A DNA stretch of 61,726 nucleotides, counting the filler, from Chiloscyllium plagiosum (Eukaryota), in the NCBI RefSeq assembly GCF_004010195.1. It is 4 parts of one record of this genome, joined end to end, with 100 filler letters (N's around TTAATTAATTAA, not from the genome) between each part and the next. Parts side by side here need not be neighbours in the genome. Positions count along the whole stretch, not along the records: positions 53,104 to 61,726 come from NC_057715.1; 3 more parts are not named here. One strand, given 5' to 3'. Positions 60,071 through 61,726 of the stretch are shown here, piece after piece (position 1 is the stretch's first letter; each line of letters begins with the position of its first letter). The notes under the pieces are model-generated. The model was not told where the DNA came from. It searched no databases and worked only from the letters and a program-made list of their open reading frames with translations. The position numbers were made by a program, and so were the translations under genes.

Positions 60071-61726
60071 AAGCAGCACTATCTGGTGGACAGACATAAT
60101 GAAGCCAGGACGTGAATTATTTGTCTCAGAATTTCCAATCACTGACCAGCTCATGTAGCCATAGTATTTATCTCGCTGGTCCAGTTCAGTTTCTGGTCAA
60201 TTGTAACATCTGGGATATTGGTAGCATTTAGTAGTGGTAATGCCATTGAAGTCCCAGGATGATGATTAGGCTCACTGTTTTTGGAGATAGTCAGTCATTG
60301 CCTGCCTCTGTGTAGCACCAATGTTATTTTTCAATTATCAGCCCAAGGTTGTTGATGAAGCAGCTGAAGCATGGACCTTAGGCACAACCCTGAGGCACTC
60401 CTGGAGGTGAGATGATTGGTCTCCATCAACCACACCCATCTTCAGAGCTTCTGAGTTAACGGAGACGCATGTGTCCATATGAAGCAAGAACTGGACATCA
60501 TCCAGTTTGGGCTGATAATGAAAAGTAACATTTGTGTGACAAACAGCCAGGCAATGACTATCTCCAAAAACAGAGAACCTAATCATCATCTTGGATATTC
60601 AATGGCATTGCTATCACTTCATCCCCACTATCAGTGTCCTCCATGTTACCATTGACCAGAAAGCAAACTGGACCAGCAATACGCATACTATGGGTAGATG
60701 AGCAGGTCAGAGGCTAGAAATTCTGAGGCAAGGCTGGGCAATCAGTTGAAGGAACTGAAATCCTATCTTTACTGTGAAGTCACAGTGAGTGGAATTTTGT
60801 AGTTTGTTTCAGGGGTCTTAGGGAGAGATACTAGCTAAAATAAAATAGCTTAATACTGACTATACAGAGATTCACCGAAGGGAAACTAATTACAGCTGGG
60901 TCTGAGCAAGAAGCTTTAGCATAGACATTTCTCAACTGAGATTTGGGTTTTTGTAAGGACATTGCTTGGATAAAAGACATTGTGTGAATTTGAATGTTAA
61001 TAAATCTTAATAAATGTTAAAAGTACGCAGGCAGCCTCTTATGCTTGTGTTTAGACACAGACCTCAATTTGTGAAATAAATGAAAAACAAAGTCAAGATT
61101 TTACATGCCAGGCATCACTCTGGAATCTGATTTATCCAGTATAAACAGCATTTAGGATAATAACATTTCACATTTTACATCTGAATTATTTTACGCAGAG
61201 TAAAATAATGATTGAGACATATGCATCAGATTTCGGTAGAAGCCATATAATCTTAAAAAGTCTGAAAGCAAACTATATATTTAAAACTGTGTAATTTTCT
61301 TCACATTCCACAAAAATAGACAGGAGGTCCAGTTTTAAGATCCATCTTCTCCAGAAGTGTGTACTGACACCTTTGAACAGGTTGGCTAATAAATAGCTAC
61401 AACTAGTTTCTCAAGACTACAGTGGTTGTTCAATATTAAGTAAGGCTTATTACACTATTAACCATCCAGCAACACCTAATTTAAAGAGGCTTGATTTTGT
61501 CACAGGGCCTTAGATATTTTCTATTCAACCTGTTCAGAAATGGCCTTATATGCTCTGGAGTGGTGGGGCTTAGGTTAGATTAGATTAGATTAAATTCCCT
61601 ACAGTGTGGAAACAGGCCCTTCAGCCCAATAAATCCACACCTACCCTCCGAAGAGTAACCCACCCAGACCCATTTCCCTCTCATTAATGCACCTAACACT
61701 ATGGGCAATTTAGAATGGCCAATTCA

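Overview
AT-rich, repeat-dense vertebrate genomic DNA. The V-SINE/HE1-type SINEs, CR1-type LINEs and Penelope-like elements suggest a cartilaginous fish (inference). Two genes can be read from splice sites and protein motifs. (1) Three internal + strand exons of SCARB1 (scavenger receptor B1; 23441-23536, 23988-24103, 26598-26764), equivalent to human exons 5-7. (2) A complete five-exon, 319-aa inosine/uridine-preferring nucleoside hydrolase on the - strand (47968-36312) with the Cys-Asp active-site variant. No later SCARB1 exon was found, so the hydrolase appears to be nested antisense in the intron after SCARB1 exon 7; assembly gaps between the two genes weaken this. The rest is mostly mobile DNA: CR1 fragments, several Penelope-like families with hammerhead-ribozyme cores, inverted junctions and hairpin derivatives, a Tx1-clade LINE, a Gmr1-like Gypsy remnant, a piggyBac remnant, about ten SINEs and a decayed tRNA-Gly copy. 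There are five assembly gaps, three containing an artificial TTAATTAATTAA linker. Repeat boundaries are approximate, and family names come from motif recognition, not database searches.
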